This document shows, one piece after another, positions 13,779-26,505 of a stretch of DNA of 64,000 nt. The position numbers were made by a program, and so were the translations under genes. Each line of letters opens with the position of its first letter. Positions within the stretch are counted from its first letter, which is position 1. Origin of the DNA: Marsupella aquatica (lineage: Eukaryota; Plantae; Marchantiophyta); NCBI GenBank assembly GCA_973895155.1, contig OZ316896.1, positions 5,818,166 to 5,882,165 of the forward strand, given 5' to 3'. The notes below the pieces were generated by a model. It ran no database searches. It was not told the origin of the DNA and was given only the letters and a program-made list of their open reading frames with translations.

Positions 13779-13946
13779 CGACTGGACACACAGAGTATCT
13801 CGTACCTTGTTTGCCACTTCGACTTCCATTTTCATTGTCATTCAGTGGCGCATGCAAACGATGAGCAAAGCAACTGGACACAGAGCATCTCGAAGGTTGT
13901 TTGCCACTGCGACTTTCACTGTCATTCAGTGGCGCACACAGACGAC
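13779..13946. repeat. ~90-bp tandem duplication
   Basis: ACTGGACAC..AGAG.ATCTCG...TTGTTTGCCACT.CGACTT...TGTCATTCAGTGGCGCA occurs twice. Confidence 0.8.
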
Positions 13947-16497
13947 ACGTAGAGTAGACAGCTGCAGGACCCAGATGTTCAGATTTACGATGACAGAAGA
14001 TTCTTTTCGCCTGTCAGTCTAGCGTGTCCCTCCTAGTGCTATGAAAGCGTCCCCAAGCCAATTTATACAATTGGCATGCTACTCTACACGTCCAAAGCAG
14101 AGATTTATTCAATCTCGTCTTTCCTTCCATGTAGCTCTGGTTTCATATCCTTTTGTCGTCCGGTCAGTTCCTGTGTCCAAAGCACTCGATGTTCCCATCA
14201 CTCTCCGTGCCTGCTCAAGTCGTGTTTTGTTCACCCTAGGCCTTGTCATCCATATGCAATTATCTTCCTGTTCAATAATCTGTATGTAACATCCATATTC
14301 CTCCAGCTCCGATCACAGATTTCTCTTCGCCTTGCGATGATCTCCCGTTATAACAGCCAATTTGTCTGGAACGTTTCCTTCGTGTTTAGAGGCACTGTAC
14401 CCTGAGGAACAGAGACCGGGGACTGTAAATATTTCCCTTCTCTCGCCTCGCCCTAATTGACTTGGTTCCATCTCTCTAGCAAGTGAGTGAGATCTGTGGC
14501 CGAAAGGGACTTTCGAATATTGAATGGAGCCTATTGAGGCCACGCGATCTGCAACTGAAGACGGTGTACGACCTTTCATTCTCTCATCGCTCTTATGATG
14601 GGAACTCTTGTCCATACACGTAACCATAGGGCGAGGAAATTCACTCATCGCTGACTTGTGATGGGAGCTCCTGTCTAACACGTAACCCTCAGGCGAAGAA
14701 ACGTGCTTTACACTCTTTGTTGAAAAACCCGTCTGGAGTTCGTAACCCGTCATTCAAATGCCAAAACAGAACGCCAAAAACTTCACATTCGCAACGCGTG
14801 TTCTTTTCTACTACCGAGAATCGATGTCGGCTCATTTCATGCTCCACTTCTATTGTCTTCGAACCTCTCGTGTTTATGCAATTACTAGGTCTTCAGCCTT
14901 TCGAGTCCTCCTCACGCTGTCCCTCGCTTAAAGCATTCCAGACTGACATGTTACTAAAAGATCCCCGCAGAAGTGCCAACTTTTAGGAGACACCACTAGT
15001 ATAGAAGCCCAAATGAACACCTTTTAGAGACTGCACTACTCCCGTTGCGAAGCATTCTACGAAGTCTCCTTGAAAATGGAAGAAATCTGTTTCCCTTCAA
15101 TCCCCTGATATCGAGAGGAAAATTCGAAGCCCAATTTCATCAGTTCCTCTGTTAGAGAGGGGGTGGCGACCACCAGTAACTCATACAAGTTGAAAGAGAC
15201 GGATCAATGATTGATTCGAGTGAAAGTAATGCTTGCTCCAAATTCCTGGCCTGTTTCTTACTAGCATGCCCTTACATCACACCAAAGTGACTGAAGAAAA
15301 ATGCAGAGAGTAACCAAACCAGAGCATTAGATATGAGTAGTAGTTTGACCGGAAACCCGTCAGCCCTACATCATTCTGTTCAGAGATCCGCGTAGAGATC
15401 CGCCTATGGCTAGTATGTTCAACCAATAATTCCAAAAATATAAGGGGAAGGCAAAGCCTGCATTATTTGAATTCAACAGTGCGGGAAAGAAATCTACAAA
15501 GGATGACCTAGAAGTGATGATCGATACCCCAGATTGAGTATGACAACAAAAATATTCCCGCAAACCTAAGTCCCAAAACAATTATTAGTTTTTGCAGCTT
15601 ATGCGTTATTGATAGAATATATGACCAGACAATAAGAACGGAATTTAAACCCTCGGCACCAAACGAAGGTAGGCTGACGAACGATTTTAAACACTGGGTG
15701 GCAATCTGCCTGATTGCTGTCCACATCAAAGCAGGTATTTGAAGGACGACCGACTTATAATTGCTTCTGAACAGGCGTGCCAGACGTCTGGTGCACTTTT
15801 ACCACGATTATAATTCGGTGCCAGGCTTCCTTACCTCTGATTTACTTTAAAAAACAAGCAATTGTGCTAGCTCGTTAGATCAGGACTCCTTGACTAATCA
15901 CGAATCCTGTAGAGTTCCAACGGATGAGGCTGAAAATTGATGGCCCAACTAGCAGGCAACCAACTACCTCCACAGTATATAAAACGAATAAGGCGAGGGC
16001 AACATCCAACGACTCACAGTGCGAAAGCAAAACGAATTAGATATTCAATTCTTTAAGAACAGAATTTTATTCGCAAAAATGAAATGTAGTTAACACAATC
16101 TCCAGATGCTGCTACTCATCAGACTTAAAGGCAGACAATGAGCCTGCATAACCCAATTCAGTTATTCCCTACCAATAATTTCCCCTTCTTTCCCCTCTCC
16201 TCCCCTTCCCTCTCCTCAACGGGAATAGCAACTTCAATCCACCGATCCCTCTATCTGAATACAGTGTCATCCCCGTCAGCGTAAAACACATTGTACGTGC
16301 CCCATAGCTGGAAACCCTAATCAGGGCTCCAACAAGCCGTCGGGTTCGACGCATGACACTGAACGCCAACACACGTCATCGATCAGCGAGTTGTTCCATC
16401 CCTCTCCTCTTCTCCATCCTTCCCGTATCCATCCTTTTCCTCCCTCCCGACCTCTCCAACGAAAGGTCTAGATGAGTCAGGAACTGAAGTAGCTTCA

Positions 16498-16842
16498 TCA
16501 AGTGCTTCCCGCTTCCTTCAAGTAAGCAATAAGATCTGCCCGTTCTTTGGGTTTCTTCAATCCAGGGAACACCATCTTCGTGCCCGGGATGTACTTCTTC
16601 GGATTCAGCAAATACTCGTACAAAGTGTCTTCGCCCCAGTGCACAGCCTTATTCTTATTAGCAGCAGAGTACGAGAACCCCGCTGTCGTCCCGGACACCC
16701 TCCCGAACAGCCCATGCAGATTCGGCCCTTGCTTGTGGCCGGCACCCTTCTCTACGACATGGCACTGCGCGCACTTCGTCTTGAAGATCTTCGCTCCAGC
16801 CTTCGAGTCCCCAGGGGGTGCCTCAGAAAAGTCGGTCGACAT
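16498..16842 (-). CDS. CYTC: Mitochondrial cytochrome c (114 aa, intronless CDS)
   Basis: [28 protein letters not shown] (heme CXXCH motif), [31 protein letters not shown] (axial Met). The true start is the ATG at 16842, inside the longer 16962 ORF call. Confidence 0.97.
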   Translation of the reverse strand: MSTDFSEAPPGDSKAGAKIFKTKCAQCHVVEKGAGHKQGPNLHGLFGRVSGTTAGFSYSAANKNKAVHWGEDTLYEYLLNPKKYIPGTKMVFPGLKKPKERADLIAYLKEAGST

Positions 16843-17125
16843 TTCGCGCTCCTCAAGCTCGCTCGCTCGATCGGCGACCACTCTAGAGCAGGCCGATCTA
16901 CCCGAACTCCTTTGCTCTTCCTCGCCCAAGAGTCCGCAACCTCGACGAAATCCCCAAATCAAAAAAACACGAATACGCGATCAAACACGAAAGGAGCGCA
17001 TCTGTGCTCAAACACAAATCGCGAGAGAGGGGAACGACCCACAAATTCGGTTCCTTCACTTTTTCCACCAAAACGCAACTCTTTCGTGCTTTTCTGTCGC
17101 GTCACAACGTTGACAACGAGAACAG

Positions 17126-17141
17126 TGGGCCATCCGGCCCA
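17126..17141. promoter_or_regulatory. Paired site II (TGGGCY, TCP-type) elements in the cytochrome c promoter
   Basis: TGGGCC at 17126-17131 and inverted GGCCCA at 17136-17141, ~290 bp upstream of the ATG. Site II motifs are established in plant cytochrome c and respiratory gene promoters. Confidence 0.55.
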
Positions 17142-20100
17142 TCGTAGTTATCGTAGTTCGTTTCTTCCCAAACACGCCTATTTGGGAGACCCGCGTACTC
17201 GATTCGGCCGGGAATATTCTACCCGCCGGTGAAAAGCGCAGTTCCAGAACTGTCTCGACTATCGCATCTCACCGCTCGTTTGAGTACGCAACGGACGAGA
17301 TCTCCCAGCCCGACTGTAATATTGGGACCCAGCCAGAAATAGCTCCTTTCTTTCCTTTCTGGGTAAGTAACAAATTACGAAAATTGGCTGGTGGAGAGTT
17401 GATGCTATGATGCGCCGACTGGACTTTATGACATGGCATCATTTCAGCCATCGGATTTTCTGGCCACCCTCATGCGTGGCCTTCCCTTGCCCAATCTATC
17501 TGCAAGACTGATTTGATGGTGTTTACACGGGCCTTTATTTTTGGTGTTTTTTTTTTATAAATTTCTACCTGGAATCATTGCCAGCCACTTATTGAGTTTT
17601 GCGTAATATCAATACCGTAGTGTTGGTTGGGTTAGCCCATAAAGTAATTGAGTAGTATGTTATTTTCAAAAATGGATGGCTGAAAAATATACAGCAAAAT
17701 ATACAGGCAGTTTAATTGTTCTAAAGTATGGAGCAACTGAAAATAATTCTCAATTGGGCAGACCAAGTTCGCAGGCGCACTACAGGCAATTTAAATGGTC
17801 ACCAGCTGCTTTTTGGATAATTCTCAACTGCTCACCAAGTTCACACTAGGCACACTAGCTAGAGGACAGCAAATTCACAGGGTGATAGGCTACTTACATC
17901 AATACACCTGGAAGTCTTGTTGCCACCCTGCTGTAAATTTAACAAATGAAGTGCAATTGAAAACTACTTCCTGGGCCTACGAGTGAAGCCTGACAGTAAC
18001 TCTAAGTGAGGATATACCCAAATGAGGGTGCTATGAATTCTCTAGACCTTAACTCTAAGTGAGGACATACCTGAAAGTGAAGGTGCAAACAAAATACAAA
18101 GATAGGGGCAAAGATGAACAATAAATAAGGGAGAATCCTTTTTTTTGTAGCAAAGTTGTTTTCTGTCTTCCACTCCTCATCTCTATTTATGTTCAAGGAA
18201 GAAGTAATCAGACTAGTTTACCCTAAGCCAAACAACTCTCCTAGAGACTTGAAATGCATGTCACCCTATTAAGTGAACTTTGGGGCCAGTTGTGGGCATG
18301 GTACTTGCCTGGTGTTGTTACTTACAAACATTTCACAAGCTCCATTGAAGGTACGTCTCTTTCAGTTGCCGGGAGAGTCAAGCCAGCATTTACCTTCTCC
18401 ATTTGTGGAAAACTTTAACATAAACAAAACAACTAAAGATATTGTGGCTGACTTAATATCAGTCATAACCGTACCTAGCCAATGGGCTCATTGCCAGATC
18501 TAACAATGCTCTTTAAATCTAGGAAGATTAGACCACTTATGTACACTTTTCAAAAAAGTTATTAAGAGTACCTCCTTCCCAGGTTTACAGAAAAATCCTG
18601 GTTTTGCACAATCATTTTTTTAAATGGCTATGTTCCGATAAATTCTGAAAAAGGCCCATATATCACATCTGCTGGTAAGATGTTCAGGTGTAGCGAAATG
18701 TTACTTTTATCACAGCGAACATTTCTGGTGTCAAAAGCTAAGTCCATTGAAATCCACAGGTCAAACGTGATGGTCTATTCAAACAACGATTTCAGTTAAT
18801 TTTAAAATAATAACTTATAATGGGCACAATACAACTCCTCCATTCCTAGTGAACCTAGTAAACTGATGATTTCACTGAGAAACTAACCATGGCAATTTAC
18901 TCACCCAAAATCTCTTTGATCTTCAGCCATAATATAGATCCTTTCTAAATTAGCTGAGCATGGACCCAAGCTCCACTGCTAAAATTAGCCCAGCATGGAA
19001 CCATCATGCCAAATCATTCCTACAAAGGTAAACAAGACATGGGACCATTAATAACATCAACCATGCATGGGCCCATTCATTGTTGTGTGCCCTATTTCCA
19101 TAGAGGACTTCTTGCACTTGAGGAGAGTCACTATTCCTTGTTGAATGCCATATTCTTGCACATGAGAGTTTCCCTTTGTTGGTAAACGAACTATTACTTC
19201 ATAGTTTGGATGTTAAGTTAGTTTAACGTGAGTTTAGTTCATTTTGATGACGCCTACTATCCCAGTCACAAGAGGCATGTCTTGAAATGATGTTGCTTCC
19301 TATCTAGAGATCTTTCATATTGGCCCAGAATCTCCACTGCGGTTTTCCCAATCCCTCAATTTCTTGTAGTTTCCCAGCATAAAATCAATCTACAGAACTG
19401 GTCATCCAGGCTCCGTCTCTGGTTTGCATCCCTCTTCGCACAAAGGAGACTTCATAGATTTACACTTTCAAAAGAAACAGCTCATAAGGCTCATCGCATG
19501 TGCCTCACACCCTTACACTGCCACCCAGACGGTCTCATGTGCTTCAGAAATCTACGTCAGTTTAGAATTGAGAAAGCAAGAGTTGATGATATTTTTACCT
19601 GCCCTGCATTTTGGTTGGCTTGAGTTCTGTCAGAAGACAATTTTTGCTCAACGGCCATGTAGCCGCATCCAGTATTCCAGTGTCTAACATAGATCAAGCT
19701 GTAAACCTGTATTGAAGAGAAAACAGAGTAGATCGTATCAGGTAGTATCCAAATCTGCGTTTCCTCGTTTCAGAATTCTGCATCAGTTCATGGTATGTAC
19801 GTGTAATTCTGTAATGTGACAAGAAGCATACCCTTTGCAGCTTGCTGGACGAGATCCGCGCGTCTGCTTGAACTGTTTTGAGCCTTGCTCACCTAGAGGA
19901 GTAACAGAGACGCAAGTGAGTGCCACTGTACATAGGGGTGAGGGAAGTGTTCTTAGGGAACTCCACCGACCGGCAATCCTAGAAGTCCTGGACACATAAG
20001 AATGGTAAATTAGAGGATCATTTGCCGCAAATTCCACTCCACTATCAAACTGGTCTTGGCATGAACATGCCTCCTTGATCACTAAGGCCAAGCCGGGACA

Positions 20101-22691
20101 TTAAGGAAGAAAAATCTCATGAAAGGAGTAAATACCTTACATCGTTGAAAAGATGTAAAACTGTGTACGATGGAATGATTATCACATGGAGAGTCCAAGG
20201 ATCCACAAGTAAACCCAGCAACAATTAATAGCAACTAGAGCGCTGAACGGAGACTGACCCAATATGTCAATGGCGTTGACATCCGATCCAGGAAGGAAAT
20301 TACAGAAAATTATGCCAGCTACACTTACGCCTTCTTCTTGGCAGTAGTATAGGTAAGTGGCAAATAAATGCCTTTTTGCACGCAATGTGAGGGATCATGA
20401 ACAACGCTTTCTTTGTCACCACTTTCTGTGCTCTCTCTTCAAAAAGGGTTACGCAAAGGGCATGTTCTTAGGGGCATTGTAGGTGCTCTCCAAACTACGG
20501 TGTGAATCCTTTGCTTTGCAGTCCTGAGATGATGCTCGACCACTTACCCATCCTACGTGCAAAGGTAATTCCAAAGCCATACCTCTATTGGGAATCGAAC
20601 CCACAAGCCTGCCCTTCTAGGCTGGAGGAGAGTCCCATACCTTTTCTAGTGGGCCCACACCAGTTCTTGCTCCTAGAGTGGCTAACTGACATCGACGCAA
20701 AACTACCACATCTTCCCGTAAGTGGACAAGGTGTGGCTCACAAGAAGCTCTTACCTTTCAAAAGCAAGATACTGAACTCACATCTAAGATTCGAACACTC
20801 GAATAGCTACATTCACATGCTCTCTCTTCGTCGTTTAATTGTTTTGATTGATCAACATTCAAGCCATCCACGTTATAATATTCGGACGGTCAAAATGACT
20901 GTCGAGGTAAGTACATGACCACGATCAGAGAACCATTCAACCGACCCACACCCCCAACAACATGTCTGAGAGAAATTATAAACGGTACAGAGTTTTGTAA
21001 TCAGGAACAAGACGAGAGACTCAATAAACTAACTGATTGAATACTTCATGAGTAGTTGTCAGGACCTGAATGGAACTCCGTCTAGCATTATCGGACGAGG
21101 CAAATAAATCTCGCTTACATGAAAAATTAATCACTCTGTGAGAAGATTTTAACTGTTACGACGGTTCTTGCAACATGGTACAGAGTACAGTGTCTTATTT
21201 AGTTTTATCACTGGGTTGCGGGCACAAGCATCTGCCCTGCTCAAGTGGATCAAATTATTGTCCCTTGGCAACTAAGCAGATTGGACGACGATGAAACTTC
21301 ACATTAAATTCCAGGAGAACACGTCATGCTGACTCATTGCACAGATATATGAGATCCCCTCACTACGGCCATGCTCTCCGATTCTGCAATGTTGCAACCT
21401 TGTTCCACAAACAAATTGCCAAAGAAAGTATTCAAAGAATTAATCAGAAGAATAGCCGAGGAATTGAGATTTACATGGAGTGAAGAGCCTCAATTCGCCG
21501 AGGCCGCCGCTGCTACTATGAATTGCAGTTGCTGATACTCATAATTGCAAAATGCAGTGGGAGCTAGAAAGCTACGATTCCACCTTTGTTGAACCCAGCT
21601 GTGTACATTGAAAACATTCGTCATGAGTCAACAGCACAAACCATTCCGACCAACAGAATTCCGCTTGATGAAACTTTCTCAATAGATTGTCGGGTCATTG
21701 ATACCTCAGTAAGATCTGAAAAACGACTCGTTGAATCCATTGTTTACAACACTAATTCCTCCGGTACTCTTAATCTTTTCATGACCCAAACGGTGCCAAA
21801 GGAAGATGAAAAGACAAGACCAAGCTTGGATTGTAGAACAAACAGGCGATCTAAATTACAAGGGTAGTCAACAATCAAAGAGCAGCCATAAGCAAGACAA
21901 GAACGATCAGGGTCCAGCTTTCATGAACGATTAGTCCACAGGCAGTTTCAATAGCTGGTAACTTCCAAACCTAAACTCGACAAAAATGAAACCAAAAGAG
22001 ACTCAAAGACACCACAAAGGCCAGCAAACAATGTTTTTCCGGAGTCGAATTGGCGACTCTTGTCTGCCTTGTCGTGCCGTAATGTCAGAACTCTGCGCGA
22101 GGATATCTTCTCTTAGAGATCTCTCAGGAAAGAGCAAATGAGAAATACTCAATGGGAAACTGGGGTAGATAGAACTCCCACCGTAATTCCAATTGAACTG
22201 AGACACGAGGAAGACAATAAGATTCAAGATTGTACTTCTACTGAAATCTATGCAAATGATCGAAGACTCTACATGCCCAATAGGACTGAGCAGGGAGATA
22301 CAACAAAGATACACGTGTTCCACTATATATAATTCCCTGAAGGCTTTGAATGACTACCTCGCATGAATAGAGAATGCACTAGATACTACAGTGCAACATC
22401 GTAACAGTTGCATTACCGTGACAAATTCGTTTCCACTGGAGACCTGGTATCAACACCTTGTATATGTTGTCCCCTAATACTCCTCTGCAGTAAGCAAAAG
22501 ATATGTCTACAATGAAACACAGTAGCACTAAATAACCGATCTCCGATGACAAAAAGCAAATGGCAGACAAAAGATGTCCAAACTGGCCTTTAGCTCAATC
22601 AGAACAGAAGGAATTTTATTGTGTACGATTGATGCAAGCATTTGTTTGTCTACCAGCAGATTCATTCAACTTCTTCGCTTATCAACTTTTT

Positions 22692-22862
22692 GCCCTAATC
22701 AGGGCAATACAGCATAACCGACGGAGACTGCGATCTGCAGGAAGATCCTAGAGATTGATGTAACCTCTTCGCTTAACAATCTCTTGCACTAATTAGGGCA
22801 ATAGAGCACAACCAATGAACACTGCAAATCTGGAGGAGGAGCCTACAGGAAGAGATTGGATT
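22692..22862. repeat. ~95-bp diverged tandem duplication just downstream of the S4-domain gene
   Basis: GC.CTAAT.AGGGCAATA.AGCA.AACC...ACTGC.A.TCTG.AGGA...CCTA..GAGATTG occurs twice. Confidence 0.65.
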
Positions 22863-22893
22863 TCACGATTACTCTCGAGACTACAAAAATGCT

Positions 22894-23841
22894 CTACACA
22901 TATCGAAATAGCTCAACGGCATATCTACCCTTCTTTGTTACGTTGATATCTCCAACCTCAATTCTCCCCTTTCCTCTGAGAGATATAACATCGCCCGACT
23001 TTACAAGTGCTCCACTCTTAGTAACAACTTTCCAGTTCACAGAAAGACCTCCTCCACTTATTGAATCTGAAAGCTTAGTACGGGACATTTTGAACCCAGC
23101 ACTGGCAATTGCATCGACCCTCAGAGATGCCTCAACTGTCTTGAACTCATCCTTTCGCACAACTTTAACAGCTAGATCAGACAAAGCAATCGGAGAGGTT
23201 TCCACAGGGACACCTCGAACCTGTGTGACACTGGCACAAAGGAAACCAACAAGCTCCGGAACGACCAGCACCTGTGCACCTTCCTCGCCCTTAACAATGA
23301 TATCGCCCACTTTCTCACGTACCACTCCAGAATTCAGAACAGCACCAAGAAAATCTCCATGAACAGCTGGGTCAAACTTAAAATTCCCTGCCACACTCAC
23401 AGCGGCTACCGCACTAGATTCGATGTCTGCGCGTACTGAACTTGTCATGGCCTCCACATTCCCTACAGAAATCCGGCATCGTTCTGCATCCGCATAACCA
23501 CCTGAAACCAATAATCCAATATCGGCAGTTCGCCTCAAAGCCAGCAGACAATCGCTTAAAGTTGGCGGTGGAAGGAAATCGGAGTGCGCAACTACCCACC
23601 GATCCGCAGCTCTCCTTGACTGCTCCAGGACACGAGTTACTGCCTCCAAATTACCCGGATCCACTCCCATTAGCAAATTATTCCTATCCTCCCGGGAGAG
23701 AACTGCTGCATAACACCTACCTGCCCGGAGACGCCTAAGGTCCAAACTTGTTAGAGGCCATCGTCGGAGAGTGATCCAGTGAGGTCGAAACATCAAGCCT
23801 TTTGTGCGGACTAAAGCAGTATGACCCATGACAGTAGCCAT
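22894..23841 (-). CDS. Chloroplast YlmH/Sll1252-like (photosystem II S4-domain) RNA-binding protein, 315 aa, single coding exon
   Basis: Transit-peptide-like N-terminus; SDFL, GGYADAERCR, HGDFLGAVL, REKVGDI; C-terminal S4 domain SLRVDAIASAGFKMSR...GDVISLRGKGR. Confidence 0.92.
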   Translation of the reverse strand: MATVMGHTALVRTKGLMFRPHWITLRRWPLTSLDLRRLRAGRCYAAVLSREDRNNLLMGVDPGNLEAVTRVLEQSRRAADRWVVAHSDFLPPPTLSDCLLALRRTADIGLLVSGGYADAERCRISVGNVEAMTSSVRADIESSAVAAVSVAGNFKFDPAVHGDFLGAVLNSGVVREKVGDIIVKGEEGAQVLVVPELVGFLCASVTQVRGVPVETSPIALSDLAVKVVRKDEFKTVEASLRVDAIASAGFKMSRTKLSDSISGGGLSVNWKVVTKSGALVKSGDVISLRGKGRIEVGDINVTKKGRYAVELFRYV

Positions 23842-24275
23842 GCCCAGTAGCTCCCAGGCCTTCTAAGAGCTTGTGGTAAGCACTAGAGCCACTTTCATCG
23901 GAAGAGAGGTTGGAATCTTCCAAAAAGAAACCTCAAACATGGAGGCTGTGCTTCTCTTCATCAGTAAAGGTATTACCCAGATATTGCAGATTGAAATCAA
24001 GATCCGCAATCGAATCGATTGATATCGAATAATAAATTCAAAGGCAAGCAGCGGTCCAGTCTTGCTCTCCTTGTCGATTTAGCATCCAAACTCTTCACTC
24101 GAGCAAAACCCTTCTCCCCAACTCTGAAAGGCTAGAGTCTCATTCCATCAGCCCTCAAGGCTGGCCGATTGAGATTACCCTCAAATCTCCGCACTTCTTG
24201 TAAAACAATCTCAGCCGTCGACGACCTCAGGGTGGCCCTCGATTTCAACTTCGGGATGGAATTTGTTCGGTTAAC

Positions 24276-24313
24276 GTGGGCCCTCCACCCCATATTTGAA
24301 TGAGGGTGGGCCC
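24276..24313. promoter_or_regulatory. Two GTGGGCCC (TCP/site II) motifs upstream of the S4-domain gene
   Basis: GTGGGCCC at 24276-24283 and 24306-24313. Confidence 0.4.
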
Positions 24314-26505
24314 TCATGTAGACTGGTTCGTTGGGTTAACGTGAGTTTTGACCGGCAATTGGAGTTTTGCAGTAAGTAGGAATGACGGCCACTACATCTG
24401 TATCGAGCAAGTTGACGGCAGGACAATGGCGCTAGCGCCCGTTTTTGCTGAGATTTCTTCCATAGAGCAATAATCTCAATCAATCTTTCAAACATGAAGG
24501 CCGACTGGGATACATGTCCGAATTCCTGCCAGTTTGTGCATCATCTTCGTCACTGTGCTCAACTTGGATGCACGCAAGAATTGCAGTAAGTCGGTAGCCC
24601 TCGGTGAGCTTCATTGTTTGTTGGTAATTTTGTGCATTGCCATCCCCTTCTTTCGATTGGGAACACTTTCTTGTGTTGGCGATTTGGTTGAATTGATGTG
24701 ATTTGTCTCTTTTCAGAGAATTTATGTGCAATCAAGCTCCTCCCCGAGCTGCTCTTTCGAATCAAGCTTCGCAGTGATAATGGCAACCCAATCCGCAGGT
24801 GGAAGTGTTCGGAGTACGGCTACAGCTTCACATTTGGTTCAATCTGGCACAAATCAGTCTTGTGGAGTCGGTGGAGCTGTGGGGAATGGGCCAATTGTGG
24901 AGAGTCGAATGTATTAGTTTGATAGCACATTATTAGTAGAGCTCTGCCCAAAGATGTCGTTGAATTGCAGTGAGAGTACGATTCTTCTGAGAAAAGTAAA
25001 AGATAATTGCCCAGCCAAGGATCTTGTCAAGCATAGGGCGCATTCCACAGGTACGGTGAAGAAGGATTGCTTGCTGATGTCAAGAGTACCCGAACATGTT
25101 GCACCCATTTTGCAGTTATCGTTTGCGTTTTCAAATCTGTCAGGCAGGCCTTCCACATTCCTGATTTGGTAGCAACTGAAGTGAGCTTCGTGAGAGCAAA
25201 GATAAAGTGTTTTTTGGATCCTGGTAGCCCTTTGGTTTGTTCTGTGGGAGAGGGACACGGGATGCCTCTGAGGCCCCACGTATTCTGCTGTCCCCGAAGA
25301 GACGAGTGGAACGCTCTTAATATTGGGACTAATTATTATGGAGGGAAACTTCAGAACTCTGTATCGTGGAAATCAACGTGGAATAAATCAGAGAACACTC
25401 ATATCATTCAGACTAATTTACAACAGGATCGAGATAGATAGTAACTCTACATAACTCTGTAGTCAACAGTCGTGCATCATGGATGAAAACCTAGATTGGA
25501 TTATAGATGGTTGTAGCCAAAGCATTTGACGGTCTGCTCCACAATTGAGATTAATCCTAAGCCGGGCACCAGTTGATCTGGGACGATAGATAATGTTGTG
25601 GGTGACTGTCTGCCAGCCGACCTTCCCACATAAATTTCTTTTCGGTAGGCAGTATCCATGGCAGCCAATTGAACCAGATCTCCCGCCCACAATTGTGGCA
25701 TATACTAAAACTACCGAACTGTCCACGAAATGATTGGGTAACTATAGTTGAGACTAGTAAACCGGGAAATCACCGATTGCTGATTTAGCCTGGGCTTAGT
25801 GAGCCCAATTTCCAATTTCCTGATGAAACCCTCAAGAATGAGCTTAGGACAGATATCTTCGATAATGATTACCTGATTCCCGTTTCGAAAGTTAAGATTG
25901 GAATGATAATGGGCATGTGCCTCTCATGGACAGACATACCGCTGTGGTGCTTCCTTTGATATACAGTTCCTTTTATGTATTACCAAATGCATTGCATATT
26001 TTCATTGCCTCATCTGTGTATTTGCTTTGGCCACAAGGATCATGACGTTGTTGTTTTTTTTGCCTTGAAAGTCGAAAGCAGGCCATCCAACAGAGGATAG
26101 ACGTCTTGCTTTGGAGCATGTTGTTGGACATCGTCACCAACTTGACCAGGAGTCACTTTTGGTACTTTATTACCGTGGGGACGATCATGTTGGCACCAAA
26201 AATAATCAAGTATTGTAAATTCCAGTATTTTACGACACATTTGTAAAGAATGTTGTAAGCATTTAGACGGAAAACCGTGATATTTCGGTGTGTACATTAT
26301 TTTTAAAGTAAAAGTAAACATCTATAAAGATTAAGAGATGTGTCTAGTGGCCGGCCTTGTTTACTGTCACTAAGGGAGGTATATGTTTGATGGGACACAT
26401 GCCAAAAAAAAATTAGGTGATAGGCTTTTATGGTACTTTGTTACAAACTAGGCCCCTAGGATTGTATCCCCTAGATTTTAGGGTAGTTGTCATATTATAT
26501 CCCCA

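Noticed and set aside
16843-16962. 40-aa N-terminal extension of cytochrome c in the ORF track
   Set aside because: It starts at a non-ATG codon; homology begins at [11 protein letters not shown], and cytochrome c has no cleavable presequence.
17111-17130. miR535-like sequence TGACAACGAGA
   Set aside because: Only the first ~11 nt match, there is no hairpin, and it lies in the cytochrome c promoter.
16547-17232. Long plus-strand ORFs (188 and 197 aa)
   Set aside because: Antisense shadows of the GC-rich cytochrome c gene and its promoter; no domain.
20463-20961. Additional solo LTR (TGTT...AACA)
   Set aside because: No convincing TSD and no similarity to the Copia LTRs in the window.
22856-23362. 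168-aa plus-strand ORF
   Set aside because: Antisense shadow of the S4-domain CDS.
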